Shown: positions 1 through 8,254 of the stretch, one piece after another
Position numbering within the stretch: position 1 is the stretch's first letter
Layout: the number at the start of each line of letters is the position of its first letter
Origin: Candidatus Lustribacter sp.
Lineage (GTDB): Bacteria; Vulcanimicrobiota; Vulcanimicrobiia; Vulcanimicrobiales; Vulcanimicrobiaceae
Length of the DNA: 64,000 bases
Direction: 5' to 3'
Assembly (NCBI GenBank): GCA_965277805.1
Contig: OZ255842.1
Location: forward strand, 3,616,001 to 3,680,000
The notes under the pieces: model-generated
The model's database searches: none
Told to the model about the DNA's origin: nothing
Seen by the model: only the letters and a program-made list of their open reading frames with translations
Program-made: the position numbers and the translations under genes

Positions 1-173
1 CGGTACGAGATCGCGACGCACACCATGATCGCGGTGACGACGACGAGCGCGAGCGGCGTCGCGCTGCCGCCGGCCGCGACCATCGGACCGAACGCGGTTG
101 CGAGCGAAAACGCCGGGCCGATCGCCGCGGCGGCGATCAGCAGCAGATCGCCGAAGCCGAGGACGCGGCGCAC
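1..173 (-). CDS. APC-family amino acid permease, N-terminal part (runs off window start)
   Basis: Manual translation from GTG at 173: MRRVLGFGDLLLIAAAAIGPAFSLATAFGPMVAAGG...; resembles APC TM1-2; starts 3 nt after stop of the upstream permease. Confidence 0.7.
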   Translation of the reverse strand, partial: MRRVLGFGDLLLIAAAAIGPAFSLATAFGPMVAAGGSATPLALVVVTAIMVCVAISY

Positions 174-176
174 GCC

Positions 177-1601
177 CTACGTTTCGCGCAGGCGCGAGTG
201 ACGGTAACCGTAGGCCGCGTACACGCCGACGCCGACGAGAAACCACACGACGAAGCGGATCCAAGTCAGCGTGCCGAGACCCGTCATCACGAGCAGGCAC
301 AGGATCGCGCCGAGCGCCGCGGTGACGAGTCCGAAGGGCGCGCGAAAGGGCCGCACCGCGTCCGGTTTGCGCAAGCGCAGCACGAACACGCCGATGCACA
401 CGATCGTGAACGCGGAGAGCGTGCCGACGTTGACCAGCGCCAGCAATTCCGCAATCGGCAGGATGCCGGCGAGGATCGCGACCAGCACGCCGGTCGTCAT
501 CGTCGTGATGATCGGCGTGCACGTGCGCGCGTCGACGCGGGCGACGATCGGCGGCAGCATGCGATCGCGCGCCATCACGAAGAAGATCCGGATCTGTCCG
601 AGCAGCGAGGTGAGCATCACGGTCGTCGTGCCGGCGAAGGCGCCCGCGAACACGACCGCATTCAGCCAACTCGCGTTGCCCGCATGATGCACGGCGTCGG
701 CCATCGCGGCGTTCGGGTCGACGGTTTTCCACGGCACGATGCCGACCGTGACGTAGGCCGCGAGCATATAGATCACGATGCCGATGATCAGCGACCAGAT
801 CACGGCCCGCGGCACGTCGCGCACGGGGTTCTTCGCCTCTTCCGATGCGACCGTCACCGTGTCGAAGCCGATGTAGGCGAAAAACACGAGCGCGGCGCCG
901 GCGATAATCCCGCTGCCGCCGAGCGGAAACGGCGGCATGAAATGCGCCGGCGAGACCGCCCCGAAGAGCGCCAGCACGAACACGATCAGCGCGATGATCT
1001 GAATGCCGACGAAGAGCGTGTTGGTGCGCGTCGATTCGCGAATCCCGATCGCGAGCAGCGCCGAAATACCGAGCACGGCGAGAATCGCCAGCAGATCGAT
1101 CGACGAGTGCGCGAAGTCGATTCCACCCGGCGCGAATACGACGTGCGCGACTTGCAGCGCGGGCGGCAGCGTGATGTGAAACCCGGTGAGGAAACTTTGC
1201 ACCGAGCCCGACCAGGCGGCGGCAGTCGGCGCAACGCTGATGCCGTACTCGAGGATCAAATCCCAGCCGATGATCCAAGCGACGAATTCACCGAGCGTAG
1301 CGTAGGCGTAGGTGTAGGCGCTGCCCGCGATCGGGACCATCGCTGCGAGTTCCGCATAGCACAGCGCGACGAAGATGCAGGCGACGCCGGTGAGTGCGAA
1401 TGACGCCAGCACGCCGCCGGCACCGGCCGCCTGCGCGCCGGAACCGATCGTCGTGAAGATGCCGCCGAGCATCGTGCCGAGGCCGACGCCGATCAGCCCC
1501 GCCACGCCGAGCGCGCGGCGCAGCGGAACGCCGCCTTCGCCGCCGGAGGGCGAGATGCGATCGTACGGCTGCGTCGCGGCGAGCCGCTGCCATACGTTCA
1601 C
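177..1601 (-). CDS. APC-family amino acid permease (YfnA/YhdG-like)
   Basis: LRRALG..GLGTMLGGIF, YAELAAMVPIAGSAYTY, FFAYIGFD, EEAKNP motifs; many hydrophobic segments. Confidence 0.9.
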   Translation of the reverse strand: MNVWQRLAATQPYDRISPSGGEGGVPLRRALGVAGLIGVGLGTMLGGIFTTIGSGAQAAGAGGVLASFALTGVACIFVALCYAELAAMVPIAGSAYTYAYATLGEFVAWIIGWDLILEYGISVAPTAAAWSGSVQSFLTGFHITLPPALQVAHVVFAPGGIDFAHSSIDLLAILAVLGISALLAIGIRESTRTNTLFVGIQIIALIVFVLALFGAVSPAHFMPPFPLGGSGIIAGAALVFFAYIGFDTVTVASEEAKNPVRDVPRAVIWSLIIGIVIYMLAAYVTVGIVPWKTVDPNAAMADAVHHAGNASWLNAVVFAGAFAGTTTVMLTSLLGQIRIFFVMARDRMLPPIVARVDARTCTPIITTMTTGVLVAILAGILPIAELLALVNVGTLSAFTIVCIGVFVLRLRKPDAVRPFRAPFGLVTAALGAILCLLVMTGLGTLTWIRFVVWFLVGVGVYAAYGYRHSRLRET

Positions 1602-2509
1602 GAAGCGGCGAGGTTCACGACGCGCGGGCGCAGCTTCAACTCGATCAGCACGCGTTCGTAGTCGGCCGCCGTGACTTCAGCCCACGTTTTTCCGAGCAGC
1701 GCGAGCAGTGCCGCCTCGACGACGTTCGTGCCGAACGAGCGGCCGTCGAAATCGGGCGTCGTCGTGACCAGCATCGCGACGCCGCGCGTGCGCAGCTCTT
1801 CGACGTCGTTGGCGGTGAGGGTATTGGTCAGCACCATCTTGCCGTCGAGCCGGTCTGGCATGTACTGCCGCATGAAGTGGAAGTCGCCGGCGATGATATC
1901 GGCGTCGTCGTAGTATTCGGGATACTTGGGCTCGGGCTTGCGGTCTTGCTTCTTGCCGGTGGGATAGAAGAACTGAAACGGCAGCTTGCAGGCATCGGGC
2001 AGATACTTGCGCGCCATCTCTTCAAATTCATCGAGGCCGCGCACCGGCCGGTCGAGATCGAGCGCGAAGATGAAATCTCCGAAGATCATGTCGGCCCCGG
2101 CCGCCACCAAGGCCTGCGCCATTCCGAACCGGTCGAGCGCGCTGACCATCAGCACGCGCTTCCCGCCGAGCTCCATCCCGAGTTCACGCTGCAGATACTC
2201 CACCGCTTCGCGCTCGAGCGTATTCTTGAGCCCGCTACCGTCGACCACCGGCGTCTTCTTCACCGCATTCAACAGCCGCAGCCCGTCTTTCAACGCGAAC
2301 CGCTGCGTGCCGGCATACAAATACACATCGATCCCGCCGAGCCCGATCGCATCGACCGTCCCATCCAACTCGCGCAACCGCTTGAGCGCGCGATCGATGC
2401 TCCCGTCCATCCCCTCCCGAGAAATAGCAAACTGCTCCCCCAACAACTCCACCATCGCCCGATGATCCCGCGACGAAGACCCGAGACTAACCGAAACAAT
2501 CGTCTTCAT
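1598..2509 (-). CDS. Conserved protein of unknown function (family often auto-annotated 'quinate 5-dehydrogenase')
   Basis: 303 aa, VSVSLGSSSRDH, GLGGID, VVDGSGLKNTLE, GRSFGTNVVEA; stop overlaps permease start. Confidence 0.7.
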   Translation of the reverse strand: MKTIVSVSLGSSSRDHRAMVELLGEQFAISREGMDGSIDRALKRLRELDGTVDAIGLGGIDVYLYAGTQRFALKDGLRLLNAVKKTPVVDGSGLKNTLEREAVEYLQRELGMELGGKRVLMVSALDRFGMAQALVAAGADMIFGDFIFALDLDRPVRGLDEFEEMARKYLPDACKLPFQFFYPTGKKQDRKPEPKYPEYYDDADIIAGDFHFMRQYMPDRLDGKMVLTNTLTANDVEELRTRGVAMLVTTTPDFDGRSFGTNVVEAALLALLGKTWAEVTAADYERVLIELKLRPRVVNLAAS

Positions 2510-2513
2510 TCCA

Positions 2514-2544
2514 TGTCATCCCGAGCTTGTCGAGGGACCGCCAC
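2514..2544 (+). repeat. REP-like dispersed repeat, copy 1
   Basis: TGTCATCCCGAGCTTGTCGAGGGACCGCCAC, identical to 40410-40440. Confidence 0.9.
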
Positions 2545-2549
2545 AATCT

Positions 2550-3659
2550 TCATCGTGTTGCCGCTTTTCGGGCGTCGGCGGCGGCGCGGGTGGCGGCGAT
2601 GCTTTCGGGGGAGATGACTTTGTCGAAGGCTCGCATGTCGGCGAGTTCGAAGCCGGCGCGGGCGGCGAGGGTATCGATTTCGCGGACTTTTTCGAGATTG
2701 ACGCCGCGTCCGACGGTGTAGGATTCGCAGCGGTTTTCGAGTGCGAGAACCATCGTTTCCGACATGCATGCAAGCGCGGTACCGGGTGATAGCGCGAGGT
2801 CGAAGTCGGTGCCGGGTTCGCGCACGCGTTCGGCCCGGAACGAACCCGGGACGCGCATGTTGCCGCCTTCGACGACCAGCACGTCGGGCCGCTCGAGTGC
2901 AACGCGGCGGCTCACATCGTGTGGCAGCGAAACCTCGCACACGACCGCGCCCGGGCGCAAATTCTCAGGCTCAATCACGTCCTGCGTAGACGATGTCGCG
3001 GTCAAGATGAGGTCTGATTCGCGCAACGCGGCGGCAAGATCGACCGTGTAGCGTAATTCGCACTTCACCCGCGGCTGCAAATCGGCCACGAGTGCCTTCA
3101 ATCGCGTCTCGTTTCGGGCGACACAAATCACCGTGTGGACGCGGTCCCCGATCAATTGCACGCAGGCCGCGCCGATCGACCCGGTCGCTCCCACTACAAC
3201 GGCCGTCGACGTTGCAACATCGATGCCCATCTCATCGGCGCCACGAAAGAGCCCGCGCACGGCCGCCGCGATCGTCAGCGAATTCCCGGTCGTCACCGGA
3301 ATCGGCGAACGTTCGGCAATCGTCACGCCGCCGTCACCGACGACGCCGGTAAAGGCACCGAGGCCGGCCACCTTCGCGCCAAGCGATACGCCCACGTCGA
3401 TCGCCGCGAGTATCCGCGCATACACATCATCGCGCGGAAACGCGAGCATCTGCTCCGGGAGCAAGGGCGCGGCAACGAACCAGCCTTCGGTTTCGCGCCC
3501 ATCCGGGGTTCGTATCCCGGTGAGGTGAGCCGCCGCATAGGCCGGCATCCACTCCAGGATCTTGGCCACGATCGGCTTCCCCTTGCCGGCCGCGCCCGGC
3601 TCGTAGCGGATCACGTCCTCGAACGACAGGGGATGGATAACGAAACAGAACGGGACCAT
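2550..3659 (-). CDS. Acyl-ACP/acyl-CoA reductase-like NAD(P)-dependent oxidoreductase (cyanobacterial AAR-like)
   Basis: LGAFTGVV, VTTGNSLT, VVVGATGSIG, ACMSETMVLALE..SYTVGR parallel AAR motifs LGGFTSI, TTGNTHT, VVGATGDIG, ACFAEAMLLEFE..FSWGR. Confidence 0.75.
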   Translation of the reverse strand: MVPFCFVIHPLSFEDVIRYEPGAAGKGKPIVAKILEWMPAYAAAHLTGIRTPDGRETEGWFVAAPLLPEQMLAFPRDDVYARILAAIDVGVSLGAKVAGLGAFTGVVGDGGVTIAERSPIPVTTGNSLTIAAAVRGLFRGADEMGIDVATSTAVVVGATGSIGAACVQLIGDRVHTVICVARNETRLKALVADLQPRVKCELRYTVDLAAALRESDLILTATSSTQDVIEPENLRPGAVVCEVSLPHDVSRRVALERPDVLVVEGGNMRVPGSFRAERVREPGTDFDLALSPGTALACMSETMVLALENRCESYTVGRGVNLEKVREIDTLAARAGFELADMRAFDKVISPESIAATRAAADARKAATR

Positions 3660-3671
3660 GCCCGGCTAGTC

Positions 3672-4133
3672 TTAGCGAACGACGCGCCGCGCCCTAGCCG
3701 ACGTTTCCGCCTCTGCCTTGAGCGCGGCCAGCATCATCTCGGCGTTTTCGCGGACTTTTTTCTCCAGGGTCGGGCCGATCAGTTCGGCTAAGGTCGGCAC
3801 GCCGAAGTCGTAGGTTACGTCGAGCGTGACCAGCGTGCCGGCGGGGTCGGAGACGAACGTCCAGGCGCCTTCGAAGGTGTCGAGGTCGCCTTCGAGCAGT
3901 TTGTAGTCGATGCGCAGCGCGGCGTCATCGAAGCGGTCTTCTTCGAGCCACTCGATCGGCGCGTCTTCGATCAGCGTTTTCCAGCGCGTCAGCACGCGGT
4001 CATCGTGGCGCTCGACGACCGTCACCGATTCGACGTCGGGCATGAACTGCGGAAAGCGTTCCTGATCCTTGGCGAGTTCGTAAATCAGCGCGGCGGGCGC
4101 GTCGATCACGATCGAGGTGGCTACGTAGGGCAC
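3672..4133 (-). CDS. SRPBCC/START-fold (polyketide cyclase/CoQ10-like) ligand-binding protein
   Basis: 153 aa; IDAPAALIYELAKDQERFPQFMPDV, GDLDTFEGAWTF. Confidence 0.85.
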   Translation of the reverse strand: MPYVATSIVIDAPAALIYELAKDQERFPQFMPDVESVTVVERHDDRVLTRWKTLIEDAPIEWLEEDRFDDAALRIDYKLLEGDLDTFEGAWTFVSDPAGTLVTLDVTYDFGVPTLAELIGPTLEKKVRENAEMMLAALKAEAETSARARRVVR

Positions 4134-5395
4134 GCGAGAACTCCGAGACGTTCGACTGCCACCGCGACGGCTTCATCGAACGCCCGCAGCGCCGTCGCGA
4201 TTTGCGTCGCATCGACGATCAACGGGGGCTCGAGGCGGATCACACGCTGCTGGTTCAGCGTCCAAGCCGCCGTGACGCCACGCTTGAGCAGTTCGGGGAT
4301 GATCGTACCGCCATACCCTTCGTTGCGCAGTTCGACACCAACCAGCAATCCGACGCCGCGGACATCGGCGATGACATCCTGGTAATTTGCTGCGATCTCG
4401 CGTGCGCCGGCCAGCAGTTCGGCGCCGCGCGCCCGCGCGTTGGCGGCGAGGTCATCCTCAACCAGCACGTCGAGTGCAGCGAGCGCCGCCGCACAGGCTA
4501 GCGGGTTCCCACCGAAGGTGGAGGTGTGCAGTAGCGGGTCCTTCGCGTAGGCCGCGTTCCACACGGCCGGGCGCGCGACGTACGCGCCGATGGGCATCAC
4601 GCCACCGGATAGCCCTTTGGCGAGCGTCATCACGTCGGGTACGACGCCGGCCAGATCGCAGGCGAAGAGCGCACCGCAGCGGCCGAGGCCGGTCTGCACT
4701 TCATCGGCGATAAAAACCGCGCCCGACCGGTCGCACAACTCGCGGACGCCGCGCAGATACGCGGGCGGCGGGACGTTGACGCCGCCCTCGCCTTGCACGG
4801 GTTCGACGATCACGGCCGCCGCATCGTCGACCAGTGCCGCGAGCGCCGCGAGATCGCCGAACGGCGCGTGCACCACATCGGCGAGCAGCGGCGCGAACGG
4901 CGCGCGGAACGCGTCGCGTCCGCTGACCGACAGCGCGCCGAACGTCTTGCCATGAAACGCGCCGTGCGTACCGACGAGCTTCGTACGCTTCGTCGCGGCG
5001 CGCGCGAGCTTGAGCGCGCCCTCGACCGCTTCCGTTCCGCTATTGGCAAAAAACGAAATCTTCAAATCGCCCGGCGTCAGCTCGGCGAGCCGTTTCGCCA
5101 AGCGTCCCAAGAGCGGGTTGAACATCGTGCGGCCCGACAGCGCCATTTCATCGAGCTGCGCGCGCACCGCCGCGACGACGCGCGGATGGCGATAACCCAC
5201 CGTGAACACGCCGTACCCGCCGGCGAAATCGAGGTAACGTTTGCCGTTGTGATCGACGATCGTCACGCCCTGCGCCGACACTTCGACCGGGCTGCCGGAG
5301 AGCTTCATCACCCGCGCGAGCGGCGGGTTTACGTATTCGCGATAATTCTCGTACGTCTCGTCGTAAAGAGCCTGCGCGTCAGCGCCGTCGGTCAC
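4121..5395 (-). CDS. Class III PLP aminotransferase (omega-transaminase, putrescine/acetylornithine-type)
   Basis: NSGTEAVEGALK, FHGKT, FIADEVQTGLGRCG, TLAKGLSGG, HTSTFGGNP; GTG start at 5395 overlaps dusB stop (GTGA). Confidence 0.9.
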   Translation of the reverse strand: MTDGADAQALYDETYENYREYVNPPLARVMKLSGSPVEVSAQGVTIVDHNGKRYLDFAGGYGVFTVGYRHPRVVAAVRAQLDEMALSGRTMFNPLLGRLAKRLAELTPGDLKISFFANSGTEAVEGALKLARAATKRTKLVGTHGAFHGKTFGALSVSGRDAFRAPFAPLLADVVHAPFGDLAALAALVDDAAAVIVEPVQGEGGVNVPPPAYLRGVRELCDRSGAVFIADEVQTGLGRCGALFACDLAGVVPDVMTLAKGLSGGVMPIGAYVARPAVWNAAYAKDPLLHTSTFGGNPLACAAALAALDVLVEDDLAANARARGAELLAGAREIAANYQDVIADVRGVGLLVGVELRNEGYGGTIIPELLKRGVTAAWTLNQQRVIRLEPPLIVDATQIATALRAFDEAVAVAVERLGVLACPT

Positions 5396-6408
5396 GACGC
5401 GACGGCGAATTCGCGCGGCGGCGCTTCGAGCGTGAGGATCGTCTCGGCCACGATGCGCAGCGTCTCGGCCGCGGTTTCCGTACGCATCAAGCGTTCGCGC
5501 AGCGCGCTCGCGCCGGGGAACCCTTTGAGGTAGTAGCCCAAGTGCTTGCGCATCTGCGGCACCGCGCGCGCTTCGCCCCACTCCTCGACCATCGCGTGAT
5601 AGTGGCGCACGGCAAAACGCAGTCGCTCCGGCGCGTTCGGAATGGCGTCGGGCTCGCGGCCTTCCATCAGCGCGCGCAGTTGGCCGACGAGCCAAGGATT
5701 GCCGAGCGTCGCACGGCCGAGCATCACGCCGTCGACGCCGCTCGCGCGCATCTTCGCAAACGCATCGCGCGCATCGGCGAGATCGCCGTTGCCGATGACC
5801 GGAATGTCGACCGCGCGTTTGAGCGCCGCAATGTGGTCCCAATCGGCCGAGCCTTTGTAGAACTGCTTCGCGGTACGCGCGTGCAGCGTCACGGCTTTGA
5901 TGCCGACGGCTTGCGCGCGCTTCGCGACTTCGACGTAAACGAGATCCGTCTCGCTCCAGCCCAGGCGCATCTTCATCGTGACCGGACAATCGACGGCCCC
6001 GACGACCGCACGCATGATCGCCTCGCAGCGGTCGACGTCGCGCAAGCAAGCACTGCCGCCTTCGGTCTTCGTCACCTTCGGCGCCGGGCAGCCGAAGTTG
6101 ATGTCGACGATGTCGGCGCCGCACTCGCGCACGAGCTTCGCGGCCTGCGTCATGATCGAGGGATCGTTCCCCCACAACTGCGTCGAGACAGGACGCTCTA
6201 CGCCGTGCTGGTCGATCATGTCCATCGTGCGTTCGTTCTTGTACTGCAGCGCGTTCGACGAGACGAATTCCGTGACGGTCAAACCGAAGCCGAACGGCTT
6301 GTAGAGGGCGCGCAGCGTCCGGTTCGTCACCCCGGACATCGGGGCAAGAACGATGGGTGGCCAGATGCTGATCGAGCCGATCTCGAGCGGCTTTACGGTG
6401 GGCGTCAC
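5392..6408 (-). CDS. dusB: tRNA-dihydrouridine synthase B
   Basis: LAPMSGVT, DINFGCP, TLHART, VIGNGD, MLGRA; start set at GTG 6408. Confidence 0.9.
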   Translation of the reverse strand: MTPTVKPLEIGSISIWPPIVLAPMSGVTNRTLRALYKPFGFGLTVTEFVSSNALQYKNERTMDMIDQHGVERPVSTQLWGNDPSIMTQAAKLVRECGADIVDINFGCPAPKVTKTEGGSACLRDVDRCEAIMRAVVGAVDCPVTMKMRLGWSETDLVYVEVAKRAQAVGIKAVTLHARTAKQFYKGSADWDHIAALKRAVDIPVIGNGDLADARDAFAKMRASGVDGVMLGRATLGNPWLVGQLRALMEGREPDAIPNAPERLRFAVRHYHAMVEEWGEARAVPQMRKHLGYYLKGFPGASALRERLMRTETAAETLRIVAETILTLEAPPREFAVAS

Positions 6409-6416
6409 AAGAGCGG

Positions 6417-6425
6417 ATTGTATCA
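6417..6425 (-). promoter_or_regulatory. Putative extended -10 (TGaTACAAT) of a leaderless dusB transcript
   Basis: Minus strand reads ggtgTGaTACAATccgctcttGTG; 8 nt to GTG; no SD. Confidence 0.5.
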
Positions 6426-6448
6426 CACCGAGGGCGTACGGCGCGAAC

Positions 6449-7090
6449 GTGAGCGATTCGCCGAATCCGCCGACCCTGCTGAGCCTCATCGTGGCGTTCG
6501 CGAACATCGGACTCACCAGCGTCGGCGGCGCCGGCGGCCCCCTGCGCTACGTCGTCGTCAAGCAGCGCCGCTGGCTCTCCGAAGGCGCGCTGGCCGAACT
6601 TTTCGGCGTCGCGCAGGCACTGCCGGGCGCGACGGCCGTCAACATCGCGGTGATGTTCAGCGACCGTGCAGTGGGCCCGCTCGGTCCGCTCGCAGCGCTC
6701 TTCGGCCTGATCGTTCCCTCGCTGATCATCGCGATCGCCCTGGCCGGCATTGCCACGCAACTCGCGGCGGTCAACTACCGTTTCGCGGCAGCCGAAGTCG
6801 GCGTGACCGCGGCCGTCGCCGGCATCTTTATCTCCAACGGCTTCCGCGTCATGGGTCAGCTGTGGAGCGAAACGCCCGACCTCCAGCTCGTGTGGCGTAG
6901 CTCCCGCGTCGCGATCAGCGCGCTCGGCATCGTCATGGTCGCCGGTTTCCACATCTTCATCCCGTTGACGATGGTGGTACTCGTAACGCTCAGCCTGCTG
7001 CTGGAATGGCGCATCCCCCGTAATCCCGAGCTTGTCGAGGGACCGCCACCCGTCGACCCCATCGACCCGATCGACGAGAAGCAGTCATGA
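6449..7090 (+). CDS. chrA: Short-chain chromate transporter (CHR) subunit 1
   Basis: IGLTSVGGAGG, AQALPGATAVN; GTG start at 6449. Confidence 0.8.
   Translation: MSDSPNPPTLLSLIVAFANIGLTSVGGAGGPLRYVVVKQRRWLSEGALAELFGVAQALPGATAVNIAVMFSDRAVGPLGPLAALFGLIVPSLIIAIALAGIATQLAAVNYRFAAAEVGVTAAVAGIFISNGFRVMGQLWSETPDLQLVWRSSRVAISALGIVMVAGFHIFIPLTMVVLVTLSLLLEWRIPRNPELVEGPPPVDPIDPIDEKQS
7019..7050 (+). repeat. REP-like repeat, copy 2, in-frame inside chrA 3' end
   Basis: cgtaATCCCGAGCTTGTCGAGGGACCGCCACC encodes RNPELVEGPPP. Confidence 0.85.
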
Positions 7091-7617
7091 TCGGTGAGCT
7101 ACAGCAACTCTGGACGCTAGCGCTGCACTTCGCGCTGATCTCGTTCTTCGCAGTCGGCGGCGGCGTCAGCATGCTCGTCCCGCAGATGCATGCGGAGTTC
7201 GTTCAACAATTCCACTGGCTCAGCGAACGCTCGTTCCTCGAATTGCTCGCGGTCGCGCAAGCCGCGCCGGGCCCGAACTTCCTCTTGGTGCCGCTGATCG
7301 GCTATCGCGTCGCCGGCTGGCCCGGCGCCATCGTCAGCATCACCGGGTTCCTGATTTTCCCGGTCATCATCTCGTTTTGCGTCGGACGCATCTTACATCA
7401 GCACGAAAACGAATGGATCGTCCGCTTCCGCCGCGGCTTCCGCCCCGTCACCGGCGGTCTCTGGATCGCCTCGGGCCTCGTCGTCGCCGCTACCGTCGAC
7501 CACAGCCCCGTCCCCATCATCGTCACCGTCGCCGTCGCCATCATCTCGGTCATCATCGACATCAGCCCGATCTGGTGGTGCATCATCGCCGGCGTCGCCG
7601 GCTACGCACTCGCATAA
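7087..7617 (+). CDS. chrA: Short-chain chromate transporter (CHR) subunit 2
   Basis: SFFAVGGG, AQAAPGPNF, IGYRVAGWPGA; ATGA overlap with subunit 1. Confidence 0.85.
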   Translation: MIGELQQLWTLALHFALISFFAVGGGVSMLVPQMHAEFVQQFHWLSERSFLELLAVAQAAPGPNFLLVPLIGYRVAGWPGAIVSITGFLIFPVIISFCVGRILHQHENEWIVRFRRGFRPVTGGLWIASGLVVAATVDHSPVPIIVTVAVAIISVIIDISPIWWCIIAGVAGYALA

Positions 7618-8118
7618 GTGTTTGATTATCAGCCGCACCTGAGCGGTGAATTGCTGACGATGCGTCCCGTGACGCAGGCGGACTACAAGGCGCTCTCGCG
7701 GCTCGGCCACGACCCGGGTGTCTGGGAACTGCATCCGGAGAGCGACCGCTATCAAGAACCGCGCTTCGCTGAATACTTCGCCGAGGGCTTAGCATCGGGC
7801 GGCGCACTCGTCGCCGTCACCAAGGAGACGGGCGCCATCGCCGGCTGGTCGCGCTTCTCGAGCGACAATGTTGGGCCGGACGAAATCGAGATCGGCTGGA
7901 CGTTCCTCGGCCGCGCCTACTGGGGCGGCGCCTACAACCGCGACATGAAGCGCATGATGCTCGCCCACGCGTTCCGCTACGTCAACCGCGTGATCTTCCG
8001 CATCGGCCCCACGAACTGGCGCTCCCGCCGCGCCGTAGAAAAACTCGGCGCCATCCTCATCAAACAAACGGAATCACGAGTCATTTATGCACTGACTGCA
8101 GCCCTAAATTGTCATTAG
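7618..8118 (+). CDS. GNAT N-acetyltransferase (RimJ/RimL-like)
   Basis: EIGWTFLGRAYWGG, N.RSRRAVEKLG. Confidence 0.85.
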   Translation: MFDYQPHLSGELLTMRPVTQADYKALSRLGHDPGVWELHPESDRYQEPRFAEYFAEGLASGGALVAVTKETGAIAGWSRFSSDNVGPDEIEIGWTFLGRAYWGGAYNRDMKRMMLAHAFRYVNRVIFRIGPTNWRSRRAVEKLGAILIKQTESRVIYALTAALNCH

Positions 8119-8131
8119 TTTGTGTTTAGAT

Positions 8132-8178
8132 TGTCATTCCGAGCAGCGCCGTAGGCGCGTCGACGAGGAACGCGCCAC
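8132..8178 (+). repeat. REP-like repeat, variant copy 3 with internal GCGCC-gta-GGCGC hairpin
   Basis: TGTCATTCCGAGCagcgccgtaggcgcgtcgacGAGGaacgCGCCAC shares both ends with the 31-bp consensus. Confidence 0.7.
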
Positions 8179-8213
8179 GATCTATAATCTCGAGTGCGAT
8201 GCGCGAAGGCGCG

Positions 8214-8251
8214 AGCAGTGGACAACTCTTCTGTTTTTTTACTCCACTGCT
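8214..8251. terminator. Inverted repeat between convergent genes, possible terminator
   Basis: AGCAGTGGA (8214-8222) / TCCACTGCT (8243-8251) with 20-nt T-rich loop. Confidence 0.4.
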
Positions 8252-8254
8252 AAA

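Noticed and set aside
198-1403. Long antisense ORFs (also 9319-10575, 11796-13514, 15043-16290, 31951-33495, 35377-37002, 40655-42019)
   Set aside because: High-GC shadow frames opposite well-supported genes, with no motifs
1598-3659. Quinate/shikimate dehydrogenase function
   Set aside because: AroE signature motifs (SxSP, NVTxP.K, NTD) were not seen; motifs fit an acyl-reductase-like fold better
4121-6952. 943-aa ORF suggesting a large fusion to the aminotransferase
   Set aside because: The upstream ~520 aa are Arg-rich off-frame reads over dusB and chrA; the real start is GTG 5395
8119-8254. Possible tRNA or riboswitch in the AT-rich spacer
   Set aside because: No cloverleaf or known aptamer recognised; explained by a repeat variant plus a hairpin
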